64,000 nt of DNA. It comes from Candidatus Spongiisociaceae bacterium. Lineage in GTDB: Bacteria > Actinomycetota > Acidimicrobiia > Spongiisociales > Spongiisociaceae. Of this stretch, positions 20,603-30,299 are shown in pieces. Location: positions 960,001 through 1,024,000 of the forward strand of contig CBDCOH010000002.1 in the NCBI GenBank assembly GCA_965219685.1, written 5' to 3'. Every line of letters begins with the position of its first letter. The first letter of the stretch is position 1. The notes beneath the pieces were generated by a model. The model saw nothing but the letters and a program-made list of their open reading frames with translations. It ran no database searches and was not told where the DNA came from. Made by a program: the position numbers and the translations under genes.

Positions 20603-21526
20603 ATGCCCGATCCCTCCCGAAGCGCACGCCACAGACCGCTGCTGTCCACGGCTCGGGGATCGAGGGTCGGGAGCTTCGGGCCCGCCGAGTGGGCTCTGCT
20701 CGTCGGTTCGGTGCTCACCTGGGGGTCGTCGTTCCTCCTGATCGAGATCAGCCTGGAGTCGGTGGCGCCGCCGACGATCACCTGGGTGAGGATCACGCTG
20801 GGTTTCCTCGTCTTGACCCTTATCCCGGTAGCCCGCAGACCGGTGGAGCGGTCCGACTACCGGCGCGTCGCCCTGCTGGGGATCACATGGCTGGCCGTGC
20901 CTTTCCTCATCTTCCCGATAGCCCAGCAGCACATCGACTCGGCTCTGGCCGGGATGCTGATCGCCATGGTTCCGATCTTCAGCACCTCCATCGCCACCGT
21001 GCTCATGCGGTCGCTCCCCCGGCTCCGCCAGGCGGTCGGCATTGGGCTCGGCTTCGTCGGGGCGATCAGCATCGGCCTCCCGGCCGCCCGTGGTTCGTCG
21101 GCCGCTGCCTGGGGCGTGCTGCTGGTGGTTCTTGCGACCTTCTTCCACGGCATCTCCCTCAACCTGGCGGTCCCCCTCCAGCAGCGGTACGGGGCGCCCG
21201 CCGTGATGATGCGGGCGATCGGCGTGGCGGCCGTCGCCACCGCGCCCTTCGGCCTAGCGGGACTCGCCGCCTCACAGTGGGCCACCGGTCCGGTCCTCGC
21301 AGTGATCGTGCTCGGAGTGACCAATACCGGTGGCGCGTTCGTGCTCATGACTGCCTTCTTGGGCAGGGTGGGTTCCACCCGTGGCGGTGTTGCCGTCTAC
21401 CTCGTCCCGATCCTCGCCATGGTGCTGGGGATGGTGTTCCGGTCTGAGGTCATCGTCCCCGTCCAGTGGGTCGGGACCGCGATCGTGCTGTTCGGTGCAT
21501 GGCTCGCCAGCCGCCGCGAGTCCTGA
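20603..21526 (+). CDS. EamA/DMT family transporter, paralog 4 (307 aa)
   Basis: Start MPDPSRSAR at 20603; same motifs. Confidence 0.92.
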   Translation: MPDPSRSARHRPLLSTARGSRVGSFGPAEWALLVGSVLTWGSSFLLIEISLESVAPPTITWVRITLGFLVLTLIPVARRPVERSDYRRVALLGITWLAVPFLIFPIAQQHIDSALAGMLIAMVPIFSTSIATVLMRSLPRLRQAVGIGLGFVGAISIGLPAARGSSAAAWGVLLVVLATFFHGISLNLAVPLQQRYGAPAVMMRAIGVAAVATAPFGLAGLAASQWATGPVLAVIVLGVTNTGGAFVLMTAFLGRVGSTRGGVAVYLVPILAMVLGMVFRSEVIVPVQWVGTAIVLFGAWLASRRES

Positions 21527-21635
21527 GCCGCCGGGCCGGGGCGAGCTGTCCGGCCGGACGCGGTGACAAGTCGCACAGGCACGACTGTTCGACCTCGGTG
21601 TGGGCATGGAGCGGCCCGGCTACTCTCGTCTCTCC

Positions 21636-22559
21636 ATGTCTCAGGGTTCCCGCCGCTCCGACCACCGTCGTGTACTCTCCACCGCTCGGGGATCGAAGCT
21701 CGGACCCTTCGGGCTGGTCGAGTGGGCGTTGCTCTCCGGTGTCGCTCTCCTCTGGGGTTCGGCGTTCCTCCTCATCGAGATAGGCCTGGAATCGCTGGCG
21801 CCGGCGACTATCACCTGGGGAAGGATCACGCTCGGGTTCCTGGTCCTGGCGGCCTTTCCGGTAGCTCGCAGGCCGATCGAACGGAGCGACTATCCGCGTG
21901 TGGTGTTGCTGGGGATCACCTGGGTTGGAGTACCGTTCCTGCTGTTCCCGATAGCGCAGCAGCACATCGACTCGGCTCTGGCCGGGATGTTGAACGGCAT
22001 GGTCCCGATCTTCAGCGCTTCGATAGCGATGGTCCTGATGCGCTCGATCCCCCGGATGCCGCAGACGGTCGGTATCGCGCTCGGCGTCGCCGGGGCGATC
22101 AGCATCAGCCTCCCGGTCGTCCGTGAGTCGGCCGCCGGCACTTGGGGGGTGCTCCTCATAGTGATGGCGAACCTCCTCTACGGCGTCTCCCACAACCTGG
22201 TGGTCCCACTCCAGCAACGCTACGGCGCCCCCGCCGTGATGATGCGGGCGATCGGCGTAGCGGCCGTCGCCACCGCACCGTTCGGCCTAGCCGGCCTGAC
22301 CGACTCGCAATGGAGCATCGTCCCGGTCATGGCGGTGGTCATGATGGGAGTCATCCACACCGGCGCCGCCTTCGTGCTCATGACAGCCCTCGTCGGAAGG
22401 GTTGGAGCGACGCGAGGCGGCGTGGCGATCTACTTCATTCCGATCGTCGCCATGGTCCTCGGCGTCGTGTTCCGTTCGGAGGTCGTTCTCCCCTTGCAGT
22501 GGGCAGGAACCGCGGTGGTGCTTCTCGGCGCATGGCTCACGAGCCGCCGCGAGGCCTGA
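21636..22559 (+). CDS. EamA/DMT family transporter, paralog 5 (307 aa)
   Basis: Start MSQGSRRSD at 21636; same motifs. Confidence 0.92.
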   Translation: MSQGSRRSDHRRVLSTARGSKLGPFGLVEWALLSGVALLWGSAFLLIEIGLESLAPATITWGRITLGFLVLAAFPVARRPIERSDYPRVVLLGITWVGVPFLLFPIAQQHIDSALAGMLNGMVPIFSASIAMVLMRSIPRMPQTVGIALGVAGAISISLPVVRESAAGTWGVLLIVMANLLYGVSHNLVVPLQQRYGAPAVMMRAIGVAAVATAPFGLAGLTDSQWSIVPVMAVVMMGVIHTGAAFVLMTALVGRVGATRGGVAIYFIPIVAMVLGVVFRSEVVLPLQWAGTAVVLLGAWLTSRREA

Positions 22560-22561
22560 GG

Positions 22562-22593
22562 GGCTGCAACCGGGAGCACCCGGGTTGGTAGCC
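22562..22593 (+). terminator. Imperfect hairpin after the EamA array
   Basis: GGCT-GCAACCGGG-AGCA-CCCGGGTTG-GT-AGCC directly after the last EamA stop; no U-tract. Confidence 0.4.
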
Positions 22594-22688
22594 TCGTAGT
22601 GGTGCGCACTGCCAACCGCGACGAGGTCTGACCTCGGGGTGGGCACGCCCCGCTGATCAAGAGGGTTTTCGGTGGTGGACGGCCGGCT

Positions 22689-22702
22689 CTCACTACAGTG
22701 AG
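22689..22702. promoter_or_regulatory. Palindrome CTCACT-AC-AGTGAG overlapping the -10 box (TACAGT) of the MerR gene
   Basis: Perfect 6-bp inverted repeat; TACAGT lies 8 nt before GTG 22708. Candidate autoregulatory operator. Confidence 0.5.
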
Positions 22703-22707
22703 TTCGC

Positions 22708-23502
22708 GTGGCGCTAGAGAGAACGGCGGATCCTTCCCCTTCGGCCGAGGACGAATTCGGGATGACCATCGACGAACTTGCCGCCGAGGCGGGAGTCCCC
22801 ACCTCAACGGTGCAGTTCTACGAGAAAAGGGGACTGCTCCCGCCCCCGCGCCGCGAGGACGGGACTGGTTACTACAGCACCGAGCACCGCGAGCGCCTCC
22901 GGCTAATCGCCCACCTGGATGAGCGCGGGTTCTCCCCGGTCGCCATCAAGCAGACGCTGGACCGCTGGACGGAAGACCGCTCCATTGCCCACCTGCTGGG
23001 CGTCGGCCAGACCGCTCCGGGCTTCGCGCGTACGCCCGTGCGGATGTCGCCCGAGGAGTTCGCCGAACGATTCGCGGGAGTGGACATCACCCAGGAAGAC
23101 ATCCAGAGGGCCGTGCGGGTCGGTTTGGTCGACTTCGACGGGACCGAGATATCGATGTCGAACGAGGCCTTCCTCGACCTCGGCGGGGCGGTGGCGCGGA
23201 TGGGGATTCCCGTGTCGGAGATCCTCGACGAGCACGAGGCTCTGATCGTTGCCGTCGACGGCATAGCCGAGCGATTCCGCGACGTCTTCCACCGGCACTT
23301 CTGGGAACCGTACGTCAGCAGGGGGATGCCCGCCGATGAGATGCCCTCCCTGACGGCCGCCGTCAACCAACTCACCGAGCTCGCCGTCAGCGTCGTGGTC
23401 GCCGAACTCCATGAACGTTTCAAAGCCTTCGTTGAGAAATACCTGGCCGGGGCTGCGGAGTCGGTCGTTACAGGACGTCTGGATCACAGCGATGGACGAT
23501 GA
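22708..23502 (+). CDS. MerR-family transcriptional regulator
   Basis: MTIDELAAEAGV..STVQFYEKRGLLPPP...Y...H..RL..I..L..RGF HTH; long actinobacterial-type C-terminal domain. Confidence 0.93.
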   Translation: MALERTADPSPSAEDEFGMTIDELAAEAGVPTSTVQFYEKRGLLPPPRREDGTGYYSTEHRERLRLIAHLDERGFSPVAIKQTLDRWTEDRSIAHLLGVGQTAPGFARTPVRMSPEEFAERFAGVDITQEDIQRAVRVGLVDFDGTEISMSNEAFLDLGGAVARMGIPVSEILDEHEALIVAVDGIAERFRDVFHRHFWEPYVSRGMPADEMPSLTAAVNQLTELAVSVVVAELHERFKAFVEKYLAGAAESVVTGRLDHSDGR

Positions 23503-23655
23503 AGGCTCTCAGGAGACCGCGACCTCGGCTCTACACGGCGAGGTCCGCATCGAACACGACAGCAGCACGCAGTGACGGACCCAGCAGCACGTTGGCGGGC
23601 TTGGTCATACGATGACTCGAGCCTCCTGCGCGGCTCGGCCGATCCGGGCTGGTTG

Positions 23656-23982
23656 CTAACGCTCCGCCTTTCGGTCTTCTCCGACTCTCTTTGACACGAC
23701 CGTATAGTCCGACTCGATCAGTTCTCGGAAGCTCTCGGGAGTGCTGTGCCAGTCGAGCACGTCAACGGTGATCGGTAGGTCGGACTCCTCGAACGCGTCT
23801 TGGAGCTTGCCGAGCACTCGCCAGTCCAGCGGTTCGTCACCGACGATGGCGAGGTCGAGGTCGGAGTACTCACGAGCCGTCCACTTCGCTCGCGAGCCGA
23901 ACGCGCGGACCTCGCAGCCCGGTACGTGCACGGCCAGTATCTGCTGCACCTCTTCCAGGTGATGCGGCTTCAGGTCAATCAT
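23656..23982 (-). CDS. Minimal nucleotidyltransferase (MNT/MntA, HI0073-like antitoxin)
   Basis: GS-x10-DLD (GSRAKWTAREYSDLD) and VDV. Start ATG 23982 overlaps the HEPN gene end. Confidence 0.9.
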   Translation of the reverse strand: MIDLKPHHLEEVQQILAVHVPGCEVRAFGSRAKWTAREYSDLDLAIVGDEPLDWRVLGKLQDAFEESDLPITVDVLDWHSTPESFRELIESDYTVVSKRVGEDRKAER

Positions 23983-24427
23983 TCGACCCTTCGAGAGTTG
24001 CCAGTAGCTGCCGGGATGCTCGGAGGAATGCCGGAACCTCACCGTAAACCCTATCGGCTATCTCCTTCTTGTATGTGTGAGAGGTCAGGTTCCTCGCGTA
24101 CGTGTACTCCATCCAGCCTTGGGGATCGTGGATCAAACCCTCCCGTGCGGCGATCCGGAAGACCTGACGTCGAGTCGCGCCGACCATGACGGACGGGTCG
24201 CGATTCTCCTGGAGCCACCGCTTGATGGAGTTCCAGCTCAGCTCGTAGGTGAACTCGAAGTACTGGATCACGCCGGCTCGAAGGCCATTCCGTTCGACTT
24301 TGGTGAATTGCTCCATGCGTCGGTGATCTTCACCTACCGCCAGGAGATCGCCGAGCGCCTCGATAGCTTTGCGAAGGCCGTCCAGTTCCAATGTCACGGT
24401 CCTTACCTCCACCTTCAAGTTCGACAT
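23975..24427 (-). CDS. HEPN-domain protein (HI0074/HepT-like RNase toxin)
   Basis: GVIQYFEFTYELSW and R-x4-H-x-Y (RNLTSHTY); coupled to the MNT gene. Confidence 0.9.
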   Translation of the reverse strand: MSNLKVEVRTVTLELDGLRKAIEALGDLLAVGEDHRRMEQFTKVERNGLRAGVIQYFEFTYELSWNSIKRWLQENRDPSVMVGATRRQVFRIAAREGLIHDPQGWMEYTYARNLTSHTYKKEIADRVYGEVPAFLRASRQLLATLEGSND

Positions 24428-24570
24428 TGCGACCTCCCAATCGTGCCATACGACTGAGGCATGGACGAACGCCTGGTCTTCCGCCGAGGCCCGGCGAGGC
24501 GTCTATGGGTCGCAGGTTCCGTTGTTGCCCGGTTCTGGGTTGTATGTTGGGCGGTGTTAGCGTACAACAC

Positions 24571-24776
24571 ATGAGTGACTATTCACTCGTGTCATCGTGG
24601 CTTGCGGAGGATGATCGATGACGACGATCCCCGGCCGCTCTCTCACCGCAGATGGCGTTCCGTATCGAGAATGCCTTCGGCATCAGCATGGACATGCTGC
24701 TGCGGAGCAAGCCTGGTATGACACAGCGTGGGCAGCGGCACATGACGTCGGGGTCGATCGCCACCAACCTGTCTGA
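24571..24776 (+). pseudogene. Collapsed higB-higA toxin-antitoxin relic
   Basis: HRGLRRMIDDDDPR (HigB-like N-terminus) joined directly to AALSPQMAFRIENAFGISMDMLLR, a frameshift, then QAWYD (HigA C-terminal half). Confidence 0.7.
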
Positions 24777-24891
24777 GGGTTTCTCCGCAGTTGCCTTGTC
24801 CCGTGGCGCTCAGCCACCCCGCCCACCCTTGCGCTAGCGTACGGACCTCTGGGGTTTCCGATGAGTTTCCCGCCGGTGGACGGGGAAGAAG

Positions 24892-26325
24892 GTGGTTGAG
24901 ATGGTCGTTCTCGAAGAGAAGCGAAGTGTGGACAGCCGGACCGGGGAGGCTCCCCCCGCCACGCTCGCCGAGCAGGCGGGCGTCTGGGTCGCCGGGCTGA
25001 GGTACGAGGACATCCCGTCGCCGGTGATCGAGCGGGCCAAGGCGCTGGCGCTGGACTGCTTCGGGCTGGCGCTGGTCGCGGCCGACACGCCGGTGCCGGT
25101 GACCGGGAGGCGGGCCTTGGAGGCTATGGGAGGGGCAAGTGGTGGTCCGAGCACCGTCCTGGCGACGGGTGAGCGGCTCACGGCTCGGGACGCGGCCTTC
25201 CTGAACGGCCTCGCGGTCGGCGGGCTCGACTGGGACGACACCCATCTTGAAGGGGCCTTCCACGTGAGTGCCGGGGCGTTCCCAGCGGTGCTGGCAGTGG
25301 CCGAGGCGCGGGGTTGCAGCGGGCGGGAGTTCCTGGCGGCCTACGTCGTGGCTCTCGAGGTGGCGTGCCGGGCGGCGGCCGCGGCCCGGGACGGGATCCA
25401 CCAGGCGGGGTTCGCGCCCACCGGGGTGGCGCCTCCGTTCGGATGTGCGGCTGCAACGGCCTTGCTGCTGGGGGGCGGCGCGTTGGAGATCGCGTACGCG
25501 CAGGGGATCGCCGGGAGCACGGCGGCGGGGCTGCTGGAGTTCCTGGCGGACGGTGCCTGGACGAAGAACATCCACGGAGCCTGGTCGGCGCACGGCGGCG
25601 TGTCGGCCGGATACCTGGCCATGGCCGGGTTCAGCGGTCCCTTGACCGTCTACGAGGGCGAGTTCGGCCTCTACCAGACCCACCTGCGGGATCCGGAGGG
25701 CGAGTTGGACTCCCAGTACTTCGGGACCCTCGGGTCTAAGTGGGAGACCTTGGAGACGGCGGCCAAGCAGTACCCGGTGTGCCACTTCAGCCAGGCGTTC
25801 CTCAAGGGCTGGTTCAAGCTGTCCGAACGGCACGGGATCGGGCCGGGGAACATCCGGGTGATCACCTGCCGGGCGCCGGACGGGGTCATTCCCACCATCT
25901 GCGAACCGCGGGGACGGCGAGACGCGCCGCTGAATCCTCACGACGCTCAGGAGAGCCTGCCCTATGTCCTCGCCGCCGCCATCCTGAGCGGGGAGATCAC
26001 CGAACGTCAGCTGACCGATGAGATGGTGCGGGACGCCGACGTCCTGTCGCTGGCGCGCTCGATCCGCTACGAGCGGTACCCGGAGAGCCTCTTCCCCGAC
26101 TCCTACGACGGGGAGATCGTCATCGAGACGACGGACGGCCGGGTCGTCAGCAGCCGGGACGAAGCGGGTCGGATGGAAGTGGAGGAAATAGAGGCCAAGT
26201 TCCTGGTCAATGCCGAGCGAGCGGTGGGCCGCAGTCGGGGCAACGCCATCCACGAGGCGGTCATGTCCCTCGACGACGCCGGGTCGCTCCGCGGGCTCAT
26301 CGACCTGGTAACCGGCGCCGCATGA
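24892..26325 (+). CDS. MmgE/PrpD family protein
   Basis: AAFLNG..LDWDDTH, FH, AQGIAGS, KQYPVCH. Start may be slightly downstream. Confidence 0.9.
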   Translation: MVEMVVLEEKRSVDSRTGEAPPATLAEQAGVWVAGLRYEDIPSPVIERAKALALDCFGLALVAADTPVPVTGRRALEAMGGASGGPSTVLATGERLTARDAAFLNGLAVGGLDWDDTHLEGAFHVSAGAFPAVLAVAEARGCSGREFLAAYVVALEVACRAAAAARDGIHQAGFAPTGVAPPFGCAAATALLLGGGALEIAYAQGIAGSTAAGLLEFLADGAWTKNIHGAWSAHGGVSAGYLAMAGFSGPLTVYEGEFGLYQTHLRDPEGELDSQYFGTLGSKWETLETAAKQYPVCHFSQAFLKGWFKLSERHGIGPGNIRVITCRAPDGVIPTICEPRGRRDAPLNPHDAQESLPYVLAAAILSGEITERQLTDEMVRDADVLSLARSIRYERYPESLFPDSYDGEIVIETTDGRVVSSRDEAGRMEVEEIEAKFLVNAERAVGRSRGNAIHEAVMSLDDAGSLRGLIDLVTGAA

Positions 26326-28025
26326 GCGGCGCCGCAATCGATCCGATCACCCTGGCGGTCCTCGAAGGAAGCCTCCAGTCGGCGATCCGCGAGATGCGCC
26401 ACGTGCTGGTGCGGTCGGGCCGGTCGCCGATCATCGCCATCTCCACCGACTTCTCCAACTCGATCCTCGACGCATCAGGCGAGCAGGTGGTGCAGGGCGA
26501 CGACCAGCCGGTTCATCTCGGCTCCATGCAGGTGGCCCTCAAGGAGACCATCCGCTTCTTCGCCGACGACCTCGCCGAGGGGGATGTCATCTACGTGAAC
26601 GACCCCACCTACGGCGGGGGCCATCAGGCCGACATGACCATGTTCAAACCGGTGTTCATCGACGGTGAGCTGTTCGCCTGGGTGGGCAACCGGGCCCACG
26701 TGTCCGACTCGGGTGGCCCGGTCGCGGGGGGTTACAACCCGCTGGCCAGGGAGATCTACGCCGAGGGCATCCGGATGTGCCCCATCAAGATCTACGAGAG
26801 GGGCAAGATCCGGCGGGACCTGGTGACCATGCTTCTCCTCAACCTGCGGACGCCCGACGCCCACCGGGGTGACATGGGCGCCCAGATGGGAGCTCTAGGC
26901 GTGGCGGAGCGGCGCATCCGCGAGCTCCACCGGTCGATGGGCGCCGAGCGCCTCCGGGCCGGGTTCGCCGCCCTCCTCGACCGCGGCGAGGAACTGGCCC
27001 GCCAGGCCATCGCCGAGATCGACGACGGTACGTACCGGGGGCACTCCGCCATGGAGGACCCAAGGGGCGGCCCTCCCCTGGACATCAACTGCGCCATCGC
27101 CGTGGAAGGTGACCGGATACGGGTTGACCTGAGAGGGTCTCCCCAGATCAACCGCTACTTCAACAGCTACTTCGGCAACTCCATCTCGGCCATTTACGCC
27201 GGGATGCTGACCGTGTTCCCCACCAACATCCCCCACAACGGGGGCGTGTACCGCTGTATCGACATCGACCTCGGCGAGAGGGGCACGATCGTCAACGCGG
27301 TGGAGCCGTCCCCCTCCTCGATGGCCACGTCCACCCCCTTCGACAACATCATGGAGGCAGTGGAGGCGTGCCTGGCCGCGGCGGTCCCGGAACGGGCGGT
27401 GGCCGGTTGGTCTCACTTCTGCGGGTCCACCTTCGCCGGGCTGGACACCCGTACCGGAGAGCGCTTCTCGCACCTGTCCACCATGTCGGGTATAGGCGGG
27501 GCGGGGGCGATGTGGGAGACCGACGGCTGGTCGTGCTGCAGCCCGCAGTGCACGTTCGGCGGGATGCGCACCGGCAACGTGGAGGAGATCGAGTTCCGCA
27601 TCCCGATGCGCATCAACCGCTTCGAGTTGGCCCCAGACACCGAAGGTCCCGGGGAATGGCGCGGCGGATTCGGGATGGCCCTGGAGATGGAACCCCTCGA
27701 GCCGGGCACGGTGGTGAGCTTCATCGGCGAAGGTTTGGAGATACCGCCTCCAGGGCGGTTCGTGCCCGACGCCTACGACGATTCCCGGGCGGTGTTCTCC
27801 CGCTCGATCAGGGGCCAGGACGGGGTGGTGCGACCGATTGTCCCCCACAGCGTCGTGGACCTCGACCCGGGGACCGCGCTGGTGAGCACCAGCCCCGGCG
27901 GCGGCGGGATCGGCGATCCCCGGCTGCGGGACCGCGCGGCGGTGGCCCGCGACGTGGACAACGAGTTGATCAGCCCCGAGCGGGCCTCCCGCGTCTACGG
28001 CTACGAGGGCGGCGAGGATGGCTGA
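26322..28025 (+). CDS. Hydantoinase B/oxoprolinase family protein
   Basis: IDPITLAV, PVHLGSM, NDPTYGGGHQAD, RAHVSD, GPGEWRGG, PGGGGIGDP. Confidence 0.93.
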   Translation: MSGAAIDPITLAVLEGSLQSAIREMRHVLVRSGRSPIIAISTDFSNSILDASGEQVVQGDDQPVHLGSMQVALKETIRFFADDLAEGDVIYVNDPTYGGGHQADMTMFKPVFIDGELFAWVGNRAHVSDSGGPVAGGYNPLAREIYAEGIRMCPIKIYERGKIRRDLVTMLLLNLRTPDAHRGDMGAQMGALGVAERRIRELHRSMGAERLRAGFAALLDRGEELARQAIAEIDDGTYRGHSAMEDPRGGPPLDINCAIAVEGDRIRVDLRGSPQINRYFNSYFGNSISAIYAGMLTVFPTNIPHNGGVYRCIDIDLGERGTIVNAVEPSPSSMATSTPFDNIMEAVEACLAAAVPERAVAGWSHFCGSTFAGLDTRTGERFSHLSTMSGIGGAGAMWETDGWSCCSPQCTFGGMRTGNVEEIEFRIPMRINRFELAPDTEGPGEWRGGFGMALEMEPLEPGTVVSFIGEGLEIPPPGRFVPDAYDDSRAVFSRSIRGQDGVVRPIVPHSVVDLDPGTALVSTSPGGGGIGDPRLRDRAAVARDVDNELISPERASRVYGYEGGEDG

Positions 28026-30114
28026 GCGTTTCGTCCTCGGGATCGACGTGGGCGGGACCTTCACCGACGTGGTGGGTCTCGACCGGGGGGGACGGCCCCT
28101 CATGTTCAAGGTGCCCTCGAGGCCCGACGACCCGGCCGCGGCGGTGCTGCAGGGGGTCGAGGCCTTCGCCGCCGGGGTCGGGGTTCCGGTGGAGTCGATA
28201 CTGGCCGATGCTCATCTCGTCCACGGGACGACGATGGGCATCAATACCCTGCTCACCCGGACCGGCGCCCGGACCGCGCTGCTGACCACCTCCGGCTTCC
28301 GGGACATGCTCGAGATTCGGGTGGGCTACAAGGAGGAACGCTACGAACTGGACCTCGAGCCGCCCGACCCGCTGGTTCCGCGCCGCCTGCGGCTTCCGAT
28401 CACCGAGCGGGTCGGCTCTGACGGCTCGGTGGTCACCCCGCTCGACGAGGACGGGGTGCTCGCCGCCTGCGAACTCATGGCGAGCGAAGGGATCGAGGCG
28501 GTCGCCATCTGCTTCATCTGGTCCTTTCTCGATCCCTCGCACGAACTGCGGGCGGCCGAGCTATGCCGGCAGGGGTTGCCGGGCGCCTTCGTCACCACGT
28601 CGTGGGACGTGCTCCCGGAGATCCGCGAGTACAACCGGGTCAGCACCACCGTGCTCAACGCCTACGTCGGACCCAGGGTTACCCGTTACGTGGGGGAACT
28701 CACCGGACGCCTCGAGGGACGGGGGTTCGGCGGCACCCTGCACTTCCTCCAGAGCCACGGGGGTGTGGCCCACGCCGATGAGGTGATCAGGGTGCCGGTC
28801 CGTACCCTCATGTCCGGTCCGGCGGCCGGTCCCGCAGTGGCCGGGTTCTTCGCCGGGAAGGCTTGCATCGAGAACGCCATCTGCATCGATATGGGCGGGA
28901 CCAGCTTCGACGCCAGCGTGGTCACCGGAGGGACCGTCCGCCAGTCACGGCCGGTGGAGATCGACGGGGTCCGGATAGGCCTTCCCATGGTGGATGTCCA
29001 CTCAGTGGGCGGGGGCGGCGGTTCGATCGCCTGGGTCGACACCGGGATCCTGCGGGTCGGCCCGTCGAGCGCCGGGTCGGTTCCCGGCCCGGCCTCCTAC
29101 TCCCTCGGAGGGACGCTGCCCACCGTCACCGACGCCAACCTGGTCCTCGGTGTCTACAGCCCGGGCCCCATCGCGGGCGGTCTGTCCCTGGACGGCGGGC
29201 CTGCCGAGGCGGTGATCGACGGTTTGGCCGGCGAGATCGGGGTGGGCCGTATCGAGGCCGCCGACGGGGTGTGGCGGGTGCTGACCATCGACCTCGCCCA
29301 GGCCATCCGCGATATCACCGTGGACGAGGGCCGGGACCCCCGCGACTACGTGCTGGTGGTGGGAGGCGGCTCCGGACCGGTGCACTGCTGCGCCATCGCC
29401 GACGAGTTGAACATCGACCGGATCCTGGTCCCGAAGGCCGCGTCCACGCTGTGCGCGTTGGGGGCGATCGTGATGGACGTCGTGTACGAGCTACGCCGTT
29501 CCTACCCCATGCAACTGTCGGGAAGGTTCGACGTCGAGGCGATCGACACCGCGTTCGGCCGGTTGGAGCGTGACCTCATCGGGATGCTTCAGGGTGAGGG
29601 AATGGCGGGAGAACCGACCGCGATCGACCGCCGGGTCGGCCTCCGCTACCGGGAGGAGGAGATCCATGTGGACCGCGGCTTGGAGCTCCGTTACCGCGAG
29701 CAACTCTGGGAGATCATGGTGCCGATGGAGTCCGCCTCCATCGACCTGGGCACGATCGACGATGCCATCGACACCTTCCACGAGCGCCACCACGAGATCT
29801 ACACGTACTCAGAACCCGACAACGTCTGCGAGCTGGTCAGCCTGGCGGTGCGCGCCACCGTGTCTAGGCAGCTCCCCGACCTCGACTGGGACCTGGGTGA
29901 CCACGACGCCTGGGTGCAGATCGGTGAGCGAAGTGTCCGCCACCGCAACAGCTTCCTGGCCGCCCCCGTCTACGACGGCCGCAAGGCCCCCGTGTCCGTA
30001 GCGGTGGAGGGGCCGGCACTTATCCGCGAGTCGCTCTGCTCAGTCTTCGTGGAACCGGGCTGGACATGCAGGCTGGAGCCGCACGGCGCGTACTTGTTGA
30101 CTCGAGGCGGGTAG
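28018..30114 (+). CDS. Hydantoinase A/oxoprolinase family protein (ATP-binding subunit)
   Basis: GIDVGGTFTD, HGTT, SGPAAG, DMGGTSFD, GGGGGSIA, PTVTDA. Confidence 0.93.
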   Translation: MAERFVLGIDVGGTFTDVVGLDRGGRPLMFKVPSRPDDPAAAVLQGVEAFAAGVGVPVESILADAHLVHGTTMGINTLLTRTGARTALLTTSGFRDMLEIRVGYKEERYELDLEPPDPLVPRRLRLPITERVGSDGSVVTPLDEDGVLAACELMASEGIEAVAICFIWSFLDPSHELRAAELCRQGLPGAFVTTSWDVLPEIREYNRVSTTVLNAYVGPRVTRYVGELTGRLEGRGFGGTLHFLQSHGGVAHADEVIRVPVRTLMSGPAAGPAVAGFFAGKACIENAICIDMGGTSFDASVVTGGTVRQSRPVEIDGVRIGLPMVDVHSVGGGGGSIAWVDTGILRVGPSSAGSVPGPASYSLGGTLPTVTDANLVLGVYSPGPIAGGLSLDGGPAEAVIDGLAGEIGVGRIEAADGVWRVLTIDLAQAIRDITVDEGRDPRDYVLVVGGGSGPVHCCAIADELNIDRILVPKAASTLCALGAIVMDVVYELRRSYPMQLSGRFDVEAIDTAFGRLERDLIGMLQGEGMAGEPTAIDRRVGLRYREEEIHVDRGLELRYREQLWEIMVPMESASIDLGTIDDAIDTFHERHHEIYTYSEPDNVCELVSLAVRATVSRQLPDLDWDLGDHDAWVQIGERSVRHRNSFLAAPVYDGRKAPVSVAVEGPALIRESLCSVFVEPGWTCRLEPHGAYLLTRGG

Positions 30115-30299
30115 CCGGTGGCCGGTGGGTGGGCGCAACAAACGCGTGCCCGGAGCCCTCGACCGATTCCCCCGGATGCACGCCGGGCAACTCGGGACGT
30201 CCGGAAGGGCACGGGCACCATGCGCCGCTATCCGCGTTGACGTCGAGCAGCCCATCGACATCGACCGGGGCCTCCTCCGGACAACCGAAGCAAACCGTC

